Source: Octopus sinensis
Taxonomy: Eukaryota
DNA length: 18,122 nucleotides
Direction: 5' to 3'
Assembly: GCF_006345805.1 (NCBI RefSeq)
Contig: NW_021824598.1
Span: 1-18,122, forward strand
Shown here one piece after another: positions 1 to 8,819 of this stretch. The notes beneath the pieces were generated by a model. That model was not told the DNA's origin, ran no database searches, and was given only the letters and a program-made list of their open reading frames with translations. The number at the start of each line of letters is the position of its first letter. Positions within the stretch are counted from its first letter, which is position 1. The position numbers were made by a program, and so were the translations under genes.

Positions 1-660
1 TGAAGCCACTGATCAGCTCCAAGATAAAAAGTGTCGTCTTACCTTTGCAACCGAACATGTGTTGTGGTCTCAAGAAAAATGGCAAACGGTGCATTTCAGT
101 GATGAATCTAAGTCTATGTTATTTGGCTCAGATGGGAAAAGGTACGTTCGTCGAAAAGCAGGTGAAAAATTGTCACCTAAATGCCTTAAGGCTAGTGTTA
201 AATTCGGTGGAGGAAGTGTCTTGGTTTGGAGGATGATATCTGGATATGTTGTGGGCCCTTTGCTGCGATTACATGGAAAGGTAAATGCAGGAGTTTATAA
301 ACAACTTGTAAAAGATCATGTCTTGCCTGTGCTCAGAAATTCAACTAAGCGACCACCCATATTCATGCAGGACAATGCCCCATGTCACAAGGCTAATGTG
401 GTCATGAACTCCTCAAGGCTGAAAAGGTTATTGTTATGATTGGCCGCTCAAAGCCCAGACCTCAATCCTATTGAAAATGTGTGAATATTCTAGGAGAACG
501 TTTGAAAGCCTGAAATCCTAAAACAAACCGATCAATTATGGAATGCCCTTCAGGAAGAATGGAATAAGATCACCCAGCAAGAAATTGAAAATTTAATTTC
601 CCCATGCAGTCAAAAATGTCAAACTTTGATTGAAGCTAAAGGGCTTCACACTAAATATGA
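1..660 (+). pseudogene. Frameshifted Tc1 transposase catalytic domain
   Basis: Motifs KPLIS, W..V.FSDESK (D at 101-103), VKFGGGSVLVW, QDNAPCH (D at 371-373), WPAQSPDLNPIEN (E at 473-475), C-terminal EAKGLHTKY. D-to-E distance is 102 nt = 105 minus three 1-bp deletions, i.e. DD34E. In-frame TGA at 511-513. Confidence 0.9.
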
Positions 661-709
661 AAAATTCCAGCATTCTCTGTCACTTTTTGATTATTTTGTT
701 ATTTTTCAA

Positions 710-929
710 CCGTTCTGATCATTTTGGCCACCATGGGTTTTGCAGTAAATCACTATATCATCCACAAATTTGTATTATCCACTCAAATTACACCAAAATC
801 TCAGACAATACCAATTAATATTGTATTTATTGTCTGTGAAAATTATAGAATATAAAACAACTTTAATAAAAACCTATACTTACTTTTCTGACGAAAACAA
901 TGCCGTTCTGAACATTTTGGCTGCAACTG
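710..929. repeat. Right IR/DR terminus with two direct repeats (probable transposase binding sites)
   Basis: CCGTTCTGATCATTTTGGCCA (710-730) vs CCGTTCTGAACATTTTGGCTG (903-923). Confidence 0.75.
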
Positions 930-1577
930 TATATGTTGCACACAAAAACACACTCATATATAATTAGATTTGCATCCCGAATCATATACGAGTGTATATG
1001 TATGTGAGCGTATCTGCATGTGAGTGACTTAATTGCTATGTTACTTTTGTGTCTCCTCTCAGTTCTCTTAGCGCCCTTCGTTAAGGAATTTTTGTTTTTA
1101 TCCGAAATATCCCACTAGATATATAAGTTCTAAAGTAGCATTTCAATATCTTTGCCATTTTCCTTTTTGCTCATGTAAAATTGGTCTACCTTGATATACT
1201 TCTCTTTAACGAACTCATTTCTTCATATTTTGCAATGCTTGAAGTTACCTGCAATTTTTTTTTCATTTTTTATATACGTTTATTCATATTTGCACATATT
1301 TACAGTATGAGCAGAAATCACCATTGACAGGCCACTGGTATTGAATAAAGCGTTAAAACACTTATGATGTGCAAATTACTAGATTTTAGTTCTCTGCAGT
1401 TCCTGAATTTGTAGAGAATATAAACAACTTTCTGGTTAGTATGATGTAAATTCCTTTGATGAAGATCTCAAAAGGTTCGAAAGTCGATTAAGGCAGCTCA
1501 TCATTTTTTATTCAATTGACAGAAAGATATCTAAATTTGCCAAGTTTACCATTTTGTATTGTTTCCATAGGTTCCAT

Positions 1578-1620
<43 letters not shown>

Positions 1621-1675
1621 TGTTGTGTGTTGTTGTGTGGTGTGTGTGTGTGTGTGTTGTGTATGTGTGTGTGTA

Positions 1676-2620
1676 TAAACGAGCAAAACGCCCCCGTCCA
1701 ATGGACGGTGCTGAGCTGTCAAACATTTAAAACAAATTTTCTCAAAACAACTTGTCCGACCATCCCATAGTCCTCCCCATTTGAAAAACACTGATTTAAC
1801 CTAAATTTGAGACACCAACAAAAGAAGAAATAAAGATAGGCGGAGGAGTGGCTGTGTGGTAAGTAGCTTGCTAACCAACCACATGGTTCCGGGTTCAGTC
1901 CCACTGCGTGGCATCTTGGGCAAGTGTCTTCTGCTATAGCCCCGGGCCGACCAATGCCTTGTGAGTGGATTTGGTAGACGGAAACTGAAAGAAGCCTGTC
2001 GTATATATGTATGTATATATATGTGTGTGTGTCTGTCCCCCTAGCATTGCTTGACAACCGATGCTGGTGTATTTACGTCCCCGTCACTTAGCGGTTCGGC
2101 AAAATAGACCGATAGAATAAGTACTGGGCTTACAAAGTATAAGTCCCGGGGTCGAATTGCTGGACTAAAGGCGGTGCTCCAGCATGGCCGCAGTCAAATG
2201 ACTGAAACAAGTAAAAGAATAAAAGTAAAGAATAGAATAGAATTTCTTCTATTCCAAAGAAAAACGATTTTATTCACACAAATATGCAACCGAAGAGTTT
2301 AAAGTACCAGTAATGATAAAGCTGTTGACTGGGAAAATACAAACATGGTTTAAACAGTAAGCTTGGCAGGAAAGAAACGTGCCTTTAAGCAGTACAAAAA
2401 CAACAAAAAATGGAAGGTGCAGTTATGACGGAAGAAAAGCAGGACAAAAACGACTTTACCGATCGCATTCTCACCTGGAATCGATTTTTGTAAATTTTTC
2501 AAGATTTATACACTCTCTGATACCGTCGGTATCTACATCTCAGATTTGAGCGCAATCGGATGGAAGACGCCCGAGATCCGAGAAGACACACACAAAGACA
2601 GAACGGATTTTACATATATC
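1676..2620 (+). mobile_element. Possible non-autonomous Helentron/DINE-1-like (HINE) element interrupted by a SINE at 1837-2243
   Basis: 5' end in TA/TG repeat with hairpin CCGTCCA-A-TGGACGG (1694-1708); hairpin GATACCG-T-CGGTATC (2519-2533); 3' block AGATTTGAGCGCAATCGGATG...ACACACACAAAGACAGAACGGATTTTACATATAT resembles HINE/DINE 3' ends. Family call from recalled pattern only. Confidence 0.35.
1837..2243 (+). mobile_element. tRNA-derived SINE, family A (octopus-type), full length
   Basis: A-box TGGCTGTGTGG, B-box GGTTCAGTCCC, CORE-like CTTGGGCAAGTG, internal (TA)/(TG) tract, 3' tail GGCGGTGCTCCAGCATGGCCGCAGTCAAATGACTGAAACAAG + (TAAAAGA)-type repeats; several near-identical copies in the window. 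Confidence 0.9.
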
Positions 2621-2826
2621 ATATATATATATATATATATAACTAATGTAGGATAAAATCTTTTTCGGGAAAATTTTTTTATCAATGGCCAGCATATCAA
2701 AAAATACATTTAAAGGTTAAATTTATAAATAATTTACAAAAATAAGGGCAAAAGAAAAATTCTATTGCCAAATATGTCGAAAAAAGACAAAAATTGTCAA
2801 TAACCATTATAATTTATGCGTCTCGG

Positions 2827-2879
2827 AACAAACCGATAGAAATTTCTAAAAAAATTTTAGAAATTTCTATCGGTTTGTT
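2827..2879. repeat. Perfect palindrome, 25-bp arms, 3-nt spacer
   Basis: AACAAACCGATAGAAATTTCTAAAA (2827-2851) AAA TTTTAGAAATTTCTATCGGTTTGTT (2855-2879). Confidence 0.95.
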
Positions 2880-3459
2880 TCACAGTTATGGTCACCCACC
2901 AGTGTAAAATTAACAGCGGAACTTGAAGCAATCCAGAGAAGATTCACAAAGAAGATATTCCCTTTGGAACAACTCAGCTACTGGGAAAGGTTGAAACAGC
3001 TAAGACTCTACTCCCTAGAGAGAAGACGAGAGAGGTATGCAGTAATATATGTCTGGAAGATCCTGGAAGGAATTGTGCCAAATTTTGGCATTGTAAGCTA
3101 CACCAATGCTAGAACGGGACGACACTGCATAGTGCCAAAGATCCCAGCAATGCCATCACGCTTCAGGACCAGCTTCTGCAACAGCCTGGGTTTAAAGGGC
3201 ACACAGCTTTTTAATATTCTCCCAAAGAGTCTGAGGAACTTGCACAAAGTAGATGTACCAGTTTTAAAATCAAAGCTGGACATCTTCCTGTCGAGAGTCC
3301 CAGATGAACCTACCTCACGTCAAGAGGTGCAAATGAGAGTAGCTATGTCAAACTCCATTCTTCACCAAGTGCCACATATTAGAGGAGTTTCTTCGTAATA
3401 ACAGTGTACACAAAAAACGGCGGTGCATCAGCATGGCCGCAGCTCTAAGCTGAAACAAG

Positions 3460-3463
<4 letters not shown>
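2880..3463 (+). mobile_element. 5'-truncated CR1-type LINE: ORF2 C-terminus plus short 3' UTR
   Basis: Open frame 2880-3398: SQLWSP...ELEAIQRRFTKKI...YWERLKQLRLYSLERRRERY..IYVWKIL...LKSKLDIFL..VPDEP; CR1-like post-RT motifs. 3' UTR ends with stem-loop + GAAACAAG. Confidence 0.85.
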
Positions 3464-3527
<64 letters not shown>

Positions 3528-3528
<1 letters not shown>

Positions 3529-3792
3529 ATTAAAGGTATCCAAAAGATACCACCAAGCCAGATATAGCAGCGAAAACTTGACTCTAAAACCACATTAAAT
3601 ATTCATACAGCATCAGGAGAGAAGACAAAGAAACAAAATCAACTAGCAAAAAATTATTGGATAATTCCAGATCCTGGATTTCTGGCTTTGCAGAAAAAAA
3701 TGCTGTGCCTTCATCAGTGGAATACACGCAAAATAGTACACACACACACACACACACACATACACACACACACACACACCACACACACATAC

Positions 3793-3825
<33 letters not shown>

Positions 3826-3947
3826 CACAACATACGAATACTTACATATACGCACGTATACGCACATATATATGCACGCATGCACACGACCAGTCAAGTT
3901 TTGGCTGCTATATCTAGCATGGTGGTATCTTTTAGATACCTTTAATT
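3528..3947. mobile_element. Fold-back unit with 56-bp inverted arms enclosing a hammerhead ribozyme; probable Penelope-like pseudo-LTR remnant
   Basis: 3528-3583 vs reverse complement of 3892-3947: 4 mismatches in 56 bp; flanked by (TA)n/AT-rich DNA. Confidence 0.7.
3664..3723 (-). ncRNA. Type-I hammerhead ribozyme, near-canonical
   Basis: AUUCCA-CUGAUGA-A-GGC..20 nt..GCC-A-GAA-AUCC-A-GGAU-C-UGGAAU: 6-bp helix I, intact core, palindromic helix III, AUC cleavage triplet; A.A mismatch at the base of helix II. Confidence 0.75.
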
Positions 3948-4186
3948 ATAATTTTAATAATTATTATTACCTATGAGGGTTTTTTTCCCATGCTAGGTCT
4001 GTATTTTAAATAACGATCTTATCCTTATTATATACATTTATATATATATATATATGAGAGTATTGTAGTTCGCTTGAAGCATTGTATATTGCTTGTAAAG
4101 AATAACAAGTTTTTAATGCTACAACAATTCACTATAATACAAACAATGGGCTATATACCTGTTAGAATTTAGTTATCCATAGTCTG

Positions 4187-4221
4187 ATATGATTTCGGAA
4201 TAATAATCCTTCTTCAGATAT
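4187..4221 (-). ncRNA. Degenerate hammerhead-like remnant (helix III missing)
   Basis: AUAU-CUGAAGA-A-GGA-UUAUUAU-UCC-GAAA-UC-AUAU on the minus strand. Confidence 0.4.
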
Positions 4222-4255
4222 TCTTAGATGGAGTCGCTGCTGTAATCAAAGAATA

Positions 4256-4577
4256 TCTTCTACTATAGCCTCGGGCAGACCAAAGCCTTGTGAGTGGATT
4301 TGGTATACGGAAACTGAAAGAATCCCGTCGTATATATATATATATAATATTTATACATATGGGTGTGTGTATATGTTTGTGTGACGTGTTTGTCCCCCCA
4401 ACATCGCTTGACAACCGATGCTGGTGTGTTTACGTCCCCGTAACTTAGCGGTTCGGCAAAAGAGAACGATAGAATAAGTACTTGACTTACAAAGAATAAG
4501 TCCTCGGGTCGATTTGCTCGACTAAAAAAAGGCAGTGCTCCAGCATGGCCACAGTCAAATGACTGAAGGCAGTAAAA
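4256..4577 (+). mobile_element. SINE family A, 5'-truncated copy
   Basis: Matches 1837-2243 copy from TCTTCT(A/G)CTATAGCC through CAGTCAAATGACTG. Confidence 0.9.
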
Positions 4578-4648
4578 CAGTATATATATCGTTGTCATTC
4601 ATAAATACAGGTTTGATGCCATACATAAAATGCCACTGCTGCGTACCC

Positions 4649-4810
4649 GTGCCAGTAGGACGTAAAAAGCACCGACCACCCTCTGTAAAGTGGCTGGCAC
4701 TAGGAAGGGCATCCAGCCGAAGAACAGGCAATTGGAGTCTAAACAGCTCCCCGGCTAGCCAGCTCCTCTCAAACCTTCCAACCAATGCCAGCATGGAAAA
4801 CGAACGTTAA
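4649..4810 (+). mobile_element. 3' UTR fragment of an RTE-type LINE or its associated SINE
   Basis: GTGCCAGT..CGTAAAAAGCACC..TGGC..TAGGAAGGGCATCCAGC..CCAA..ATGCCAGCATGGAAAACGAACGTTAAA followed by a (GAT)n tail; recognised from recalled octopus repeat consensus. Confidence 0.55.
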
Positions 4811-4836
4811 AAAAACTGATGTTTATAATGAAAATG

Positions 4837-4868
4837 GTGATGACGATGATGATGATGATGATGATGAT

Positions 4869-4906
<38 letters not shown>

Positions 4907-4907
4907 A

Positions 4908-4945
<38 letters not shown>

Positions 4946-4946
4946 A

Positions 4947-4978
<32 letters not shown>

Positions 4979-5003
4979 AATGATGATGATGATGATGATG
5001 ATA

Positions 5004-5044
<41 letters not shown>
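4837..5044. repeat. (GAT)n microsatellite, ~210 bp, with periodic AAT interruptions
   Basis: Direct reading; source of the poly-Met / poly-Ile ORFs. Confidence 0.95.
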
Positions 5045-5155
5045 ATACATATTCAAATATAAATTAGAAGCAGCGCTAGTGTAATAAACATTATCAACTA
5101 CATATACTTAATTTATATGCTACTTTAAGTATATGTGACTGATAAATACATGTGT

Positions 5156-5188
<33 letters not shown>

Positions 5189-5280
5189 TGTGTGTGTGTG
5201 TGTGTGTATGTGTGTGTGTGTGTTTATGTGTGTGTGTGTATAGATATATCAGACAAAGCTGAAAAACCATCAAAATGTAT

Positions 5281-5693
5281 CTCTTTTACTCTTTTACTTG
5301 TTTCAGTCATTTGACTGCGGCCATGCTGGAGCACCGCCTTTAGTCGATCAAATCGACCCCGGAACTTATTCTTTGTAAGCCCAGTACTTATTCTATCGGT
5401 CTTTTTTGCCGACCGCTAAGTGACGGGGACGTAGACATACCAGCATCGGTTGTCAAGCAATGCTAGGGGGACAAACACAGACACACAAACCACACACCAC
5501 CACACAATATATATATATACCTATATACGACAGGCTCTCTTTCAGTTTCCGTCTACCAAATCCACTCACAAGGCATTGGTCGGCCCGGGGCGATAGCAGA
5601 AGACACTTGCCCAAGATGCCACGCAGTGGGACTGAATCCGCAACCATGTGGATGGTTAGCAAGCTACTTACCACACAGCCACTCCTGCGCCTG
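5281..5693 (-). mobile_element. SINE family A, full length
   Basis: Reverse complement matches the 1837-2243 copy end to end. Confidence 0.9.
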
Positions 5694-6159
5694 TATATGG
5701 GTAATAATTTCGAATATCTTGATCGTCCGCATCCGAAACAGTCTGAGTCACAATTCGCCTACTGTGGACGCATACAAAGAGAACTGTACGGGAAAAGGAA
5801 GAAAAACTCACATATGTGTTTTAAAGAATTTCTATTCATTTAATCTTCGAAAACTTCTACATTTTTTTTTTGTCTGTTATTTGTTTTTGATGGTTGCAGC
5901 CTTTAGACTGCGGTTTTGTTCGAGAGACAACAACCTTCAAGTATATGTATATATTTTATAATCCATTTATATAAATCGACTCCAATTGATAATGAAATAG
6001 GAAGTAATCTGTTCGAAAAGTTAACCATCTTTTTCGTTCACTGCATAAAAATTCAAACTGGTGACTGAATCATTTGTATTAATTTTTGACACCGAACATC
6101 AGTAGTTAATATCGGAACCTAGTTTTCTATTAAATTAGTTTGCATGCTTATTAACGTAC

Positions 6160-6226
6160 CTCACATTCGGGTGGTCAATATCACGATGTACCCGCTTTTC
6201 CTGTTTGACGCAGTGATTTACAGTAA
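6160..6226 (-). other. Candidate 67-nt exon
   Basis: Acceptor gtgtttgtgtttag|, strong donor GAG|GTACGT, one open frame (xTVNHCVKQEKRVHRDIDHPNV). Confidence 0.35.
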
Positions 6227-6273
6227 CTAAACACAAACACGAGTATGTGTGTGTGTGTGTGTGTGTGTAGGGG

Positions 6274-6334
<61 letters not shown>

Positions 6335-6487
6335 TGTGTGTGTGTGTGTAATTGTGGACCCTGGTCTGTGGTGGATAGAGATTAATGAGTGATAAGGATC
6401 TACAGCGGATTAATACGACAGAATTTAACGCCGCCATGTTTGATTAACAAAATTGATTTTTCTTTTGACTCTGATGAACTGATAACT

Positions 6488-6536
6488 ACCTGCAGTCAGT
6501 CACTGGTCAGTGGAAAACTGACCAGTGATTGCAGGT
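6488..6536. other. Hairpin: 12-bp perfect inner stem + 7-bp outer stem, in the presumptive 3' UTR of the minus-strand gene
   Basis: TCACTGGTCAGT (6500-6511) GGAAA ACTGACCAGTGA (6517-6528); ACCTGCA (6488-6494) / TGCAGGT (6530-6536). Confidence 0.7.
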
Positions 6537-6695
6537 GGCAGGCATATAAAAATAAAATATTCGGAGTTGCGCAGAAGTCTGGCTTGTGATGGAGCGAGAT
6601 GACTGTGGCATGTTGTTTGTGGTGGATAAAGACCAATGCCGAATACGGGTCCATGAGAGACTAAGGTGACAGACATTGTGCCATTTTGTTTAAAA

Positions 6696-8197
6696 TTAGT
6701 GTTCTCTACGCTTTGGTCTAGCTTGATAATAGTTGCCTTCTTGTCTCTTGTGTAATGGAGAGGTACATGGCTGGAAGTAATTCGGGTGGTGTTGTCTGAA
6801 ACGTTGACAGACAAGTTGTGAATACTCGCATGATGTTTGTGCATGTGACTGGCCGTGTTTCTGATATGGTATAGTTTGTGTTGTGACCGATTCAGTTGCT
6901 TGCTGCAGTCTGACTTGTACTGGATACCGAGAACCCATACAGTATGGTGAATGGTGGATACAGGTAATTTGTGAAGGCAGTTGTGTGTTGGGTTCCGGTG
7001 TTGGGAAGGTTGGGGCCCCTACTTGTTGTGGAAAAGGGGTAAATGTTGTTGTGTGATAAATGCAGGGCGTCGGCGGAATTATGGCAGTGTTATGTAGAGG
7101 TGCGGGTTGAAATTCGATCGCTGGGTGATTGTAGCGACAAATGGGTTCTGGATTTTCTTGCGCTGCGATACATAGTCCTGCTTCGCATATACCAGGTTGC
7201 ATTGGTTGAAGGGAGCTACGGAGATCTGGTTTGTTGTCGTTTAAGGTAACAGGTTGATTAATAGCAATGTCCATAAAAGATGGTCGATATAATTCCATCA
7301 TCTGTGGATCGTAGGGACTGATGGGTGTGAGCTGTTCTACGATACTTGGTTGCACCCCGTATATGGCAGTTTGTATTGGTTGAGGATAGCGCTGAAGGAC
7401 TGCTTTAGTATCTGGCGGAGTTTGATCTGGTCCGACGTAACTTGGAAGACATGTTTGGTCTAAGGCAACTGGAGGAGTTTCGTATTCGATAGTTTGTACT
7501 TCTTTGTCTACTGTCACTGGTCTTTTGTCGTTTGAGTTAACTGATGGATTCTGGGTTACGATTATCTGAGGCGGTTTGACGATACTCGGAGATTCTGCTA
7601 TCAGGCGCTCTGAGGCAATTGGTGCTATCTGATATGAGATAGACCTTCTTGGTTCGGGGTAGGCTGCTGTTTGGTCTTTGGCAGTATCGGGTGGATCTTG
7701 GTCTTTGTAGGGATGAGGTGGTTGGACTGGTGCAGGCGTTTCGACTGGTGCAGGCGTTTCGACTAGTGGAGGCGCTTCGACTAGTGGAGGCGTTGGGGCT
7801 GGTGGAGGCGATCGGACTGGTGGAGGCGCTTCGACTCGTGGAGGCGTTGGGGGTGGTGGAGGCGATCGGACTCGTGGAGGCGATCGGACTGGTGGAGGCG
7901 ATCGGACTGGTGGAGGCGATCGGACTGGTGGAGGCGATCGGACTCGTGGAGGCGATCGGACTCGTGGAGGCGATCGGACTGGTGGAGGCGATGGGGGTGG
8001 TGGAGGCGTTGGGGCTGGTGGAGGCGTTGTATGTCGTTGTTTGATTCGTACAGTCTTATGGGTTGATGGAGGTGATGGAGGTGGTGGTTGTTTGACAGGC
8101 TTCGAATGTTCTCCTTTTTTCTTTTTTACTCTGAGTTGTGGGGCTTTCTTCGGTTCTGGTTTCCGTTGCTTTTTTGGCTGTTCCTCTTTAATATTAT
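6696..8197 (-). CDS. Large (probably terminal) coding exon, ~500 aa, uncharacterised Lys-rich / Pro-rich low-complexity protein
   Basis: Frame checked codon by codon 8195->7515 with no stop and in phase with the 7517->6696 ORF; stop-to-stop open 6696-8243. Acceptor ...atgtttcag| before 8197 (phase 1): xDNIKEEQPKKQRKPEPKKAPQLRVKKKKGEHSKPVKQPPPPSPP...; the main GC/CpG-rich non-TE stretch of the window. Confidence 0.8.
7722..8027 (-). repeat. Coding minisatellite: 17 x 18 bp = hexapeptide (S/T/A)PP(P/R/L)V(R/E)-type units
   Basis: TPPPAP TPPPPP SPPPVR SPPRVR SPPRVR SPPPVR SPPPVR SPPPVR SPPRVR SPPPPP TPPRVE APPPVR SPPPAP TPPLVE APPLVE TPAPVE TPAPVQ; 306 bp, no frame-breaking indel. Confidence 0.9.
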
Positions 8198-8429
8198 CTG
8201 AAACATTCCAAAATCGACATTTGGTAGAGATAGCACAACGTGCTTAATATACAATGGAACATAATATACATACACACTCAAATATTTCTGTATACGCACT
8301 GAAAGATACGATAAATACACACACATATATATATATACGGAAATATATAGCATAAACTCAGCTTATATACCTATTATTATTAAAGGCTTAAGTAATATAT
8401 TCAGAATTTTATTATAAGCAAAGACGTGA

Positions 8430-8565
8430 CTTGTACGAAGTTTGCTTCCAAACCACAGGATTTTCGGTTCGGTCCTACTATGTAGTACACTGGTTAGTGT
8501 CTTCTATTGGTGCCTCGGCCTAACCCTTATCAATGGATTTGGTAGACAGAAACTGAAAGAATACT
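8430..8565 (+). mobile_element. Old, diverged SINE family A 5' half
   Basis: Degenerate match ...GTGTCTTCTATT...GGATTTGGTAGACAGAAACTGAAAGAA. Confidence 0.6.
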
Positions 8566-8574
8566 ACTCTCTCT

Positions 8575-8773
8575 TTCTATCTTTTCTTTTACTTGTTTCA
8601 ACCATTAGACTGCGGCCATGCTGGAGCATCGGCTGGAAGAATTGTTAGTCGAATAAATCTACCTAGTACCTTTTTTTTTTAAAGCCTAGTACTTATTCTA
8701 TCAGTTACTGTTACCAAACCGCTAAGATATGGGACATAAGCACACCAACACCGGCTGTGCTGTGGTAGTGAGG

Positions 8774-8819
<46 letters not shown>

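Larger units (their letters stand above)
1..929 (+). mobile_element. Tc1/mariner DNA transposon (Tc1, DD34E), 3' part with right inverted repeat; 5' part lies outside the window
   Basis: Transposase remnant 1-~660, then ~220-bp IR/DR-type end finishing ...CTGCAACTG (929) + TA (930-931); reverse complement begins CAGTTGCAG, typical of a Tc1 terminus. Confidence 0.9.

Noticed and set aside
1046-1248. K/E-rich minus-strand frame after a ttgcag acceptor
   Set aside because: Three in-frame stops; composition is explained by purine skew.
3611-3736. Protein-like open frames on both strands (IRREDKETK..., YSTDEGTAFF...)
   Set aside because: No good donor site; the segment is better explained as the hammerhead-containing repeat interior.
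4785-5084. Poly-Met, poly-Ile, YVCM, HTHT, YYYY and LLLL ORFs here and throughout the window
   Set aside because: Stop-free translations of microsatellites.
6471-6520. CTGATGA...GAAA as a hammerhead
   Set aside because: No helix I or III partner and a non-canonical helix II base; explained by the separate hairpin.
6500-6844. Overlapping 114-aa minus ORF as a frameshifted C-terminal extension
   Set aside because: The main frame keeps a coherent composition up to TAA at 6696-6698; no visible error site. Cannot be fully excluded given the indel pattern.
7722-8027. Regular short repeats as a CRISPR array
   Set aside because: Contiguous 18-bp units with no spacers, eukaryotic context, no cas genes.
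7649-8044. Plus-strand ORF with VEAIGL repeats
   Set aside because: Antisense shadow of the 18-bp coding repeat; the minus frame is far longer and has a splice acceptor.
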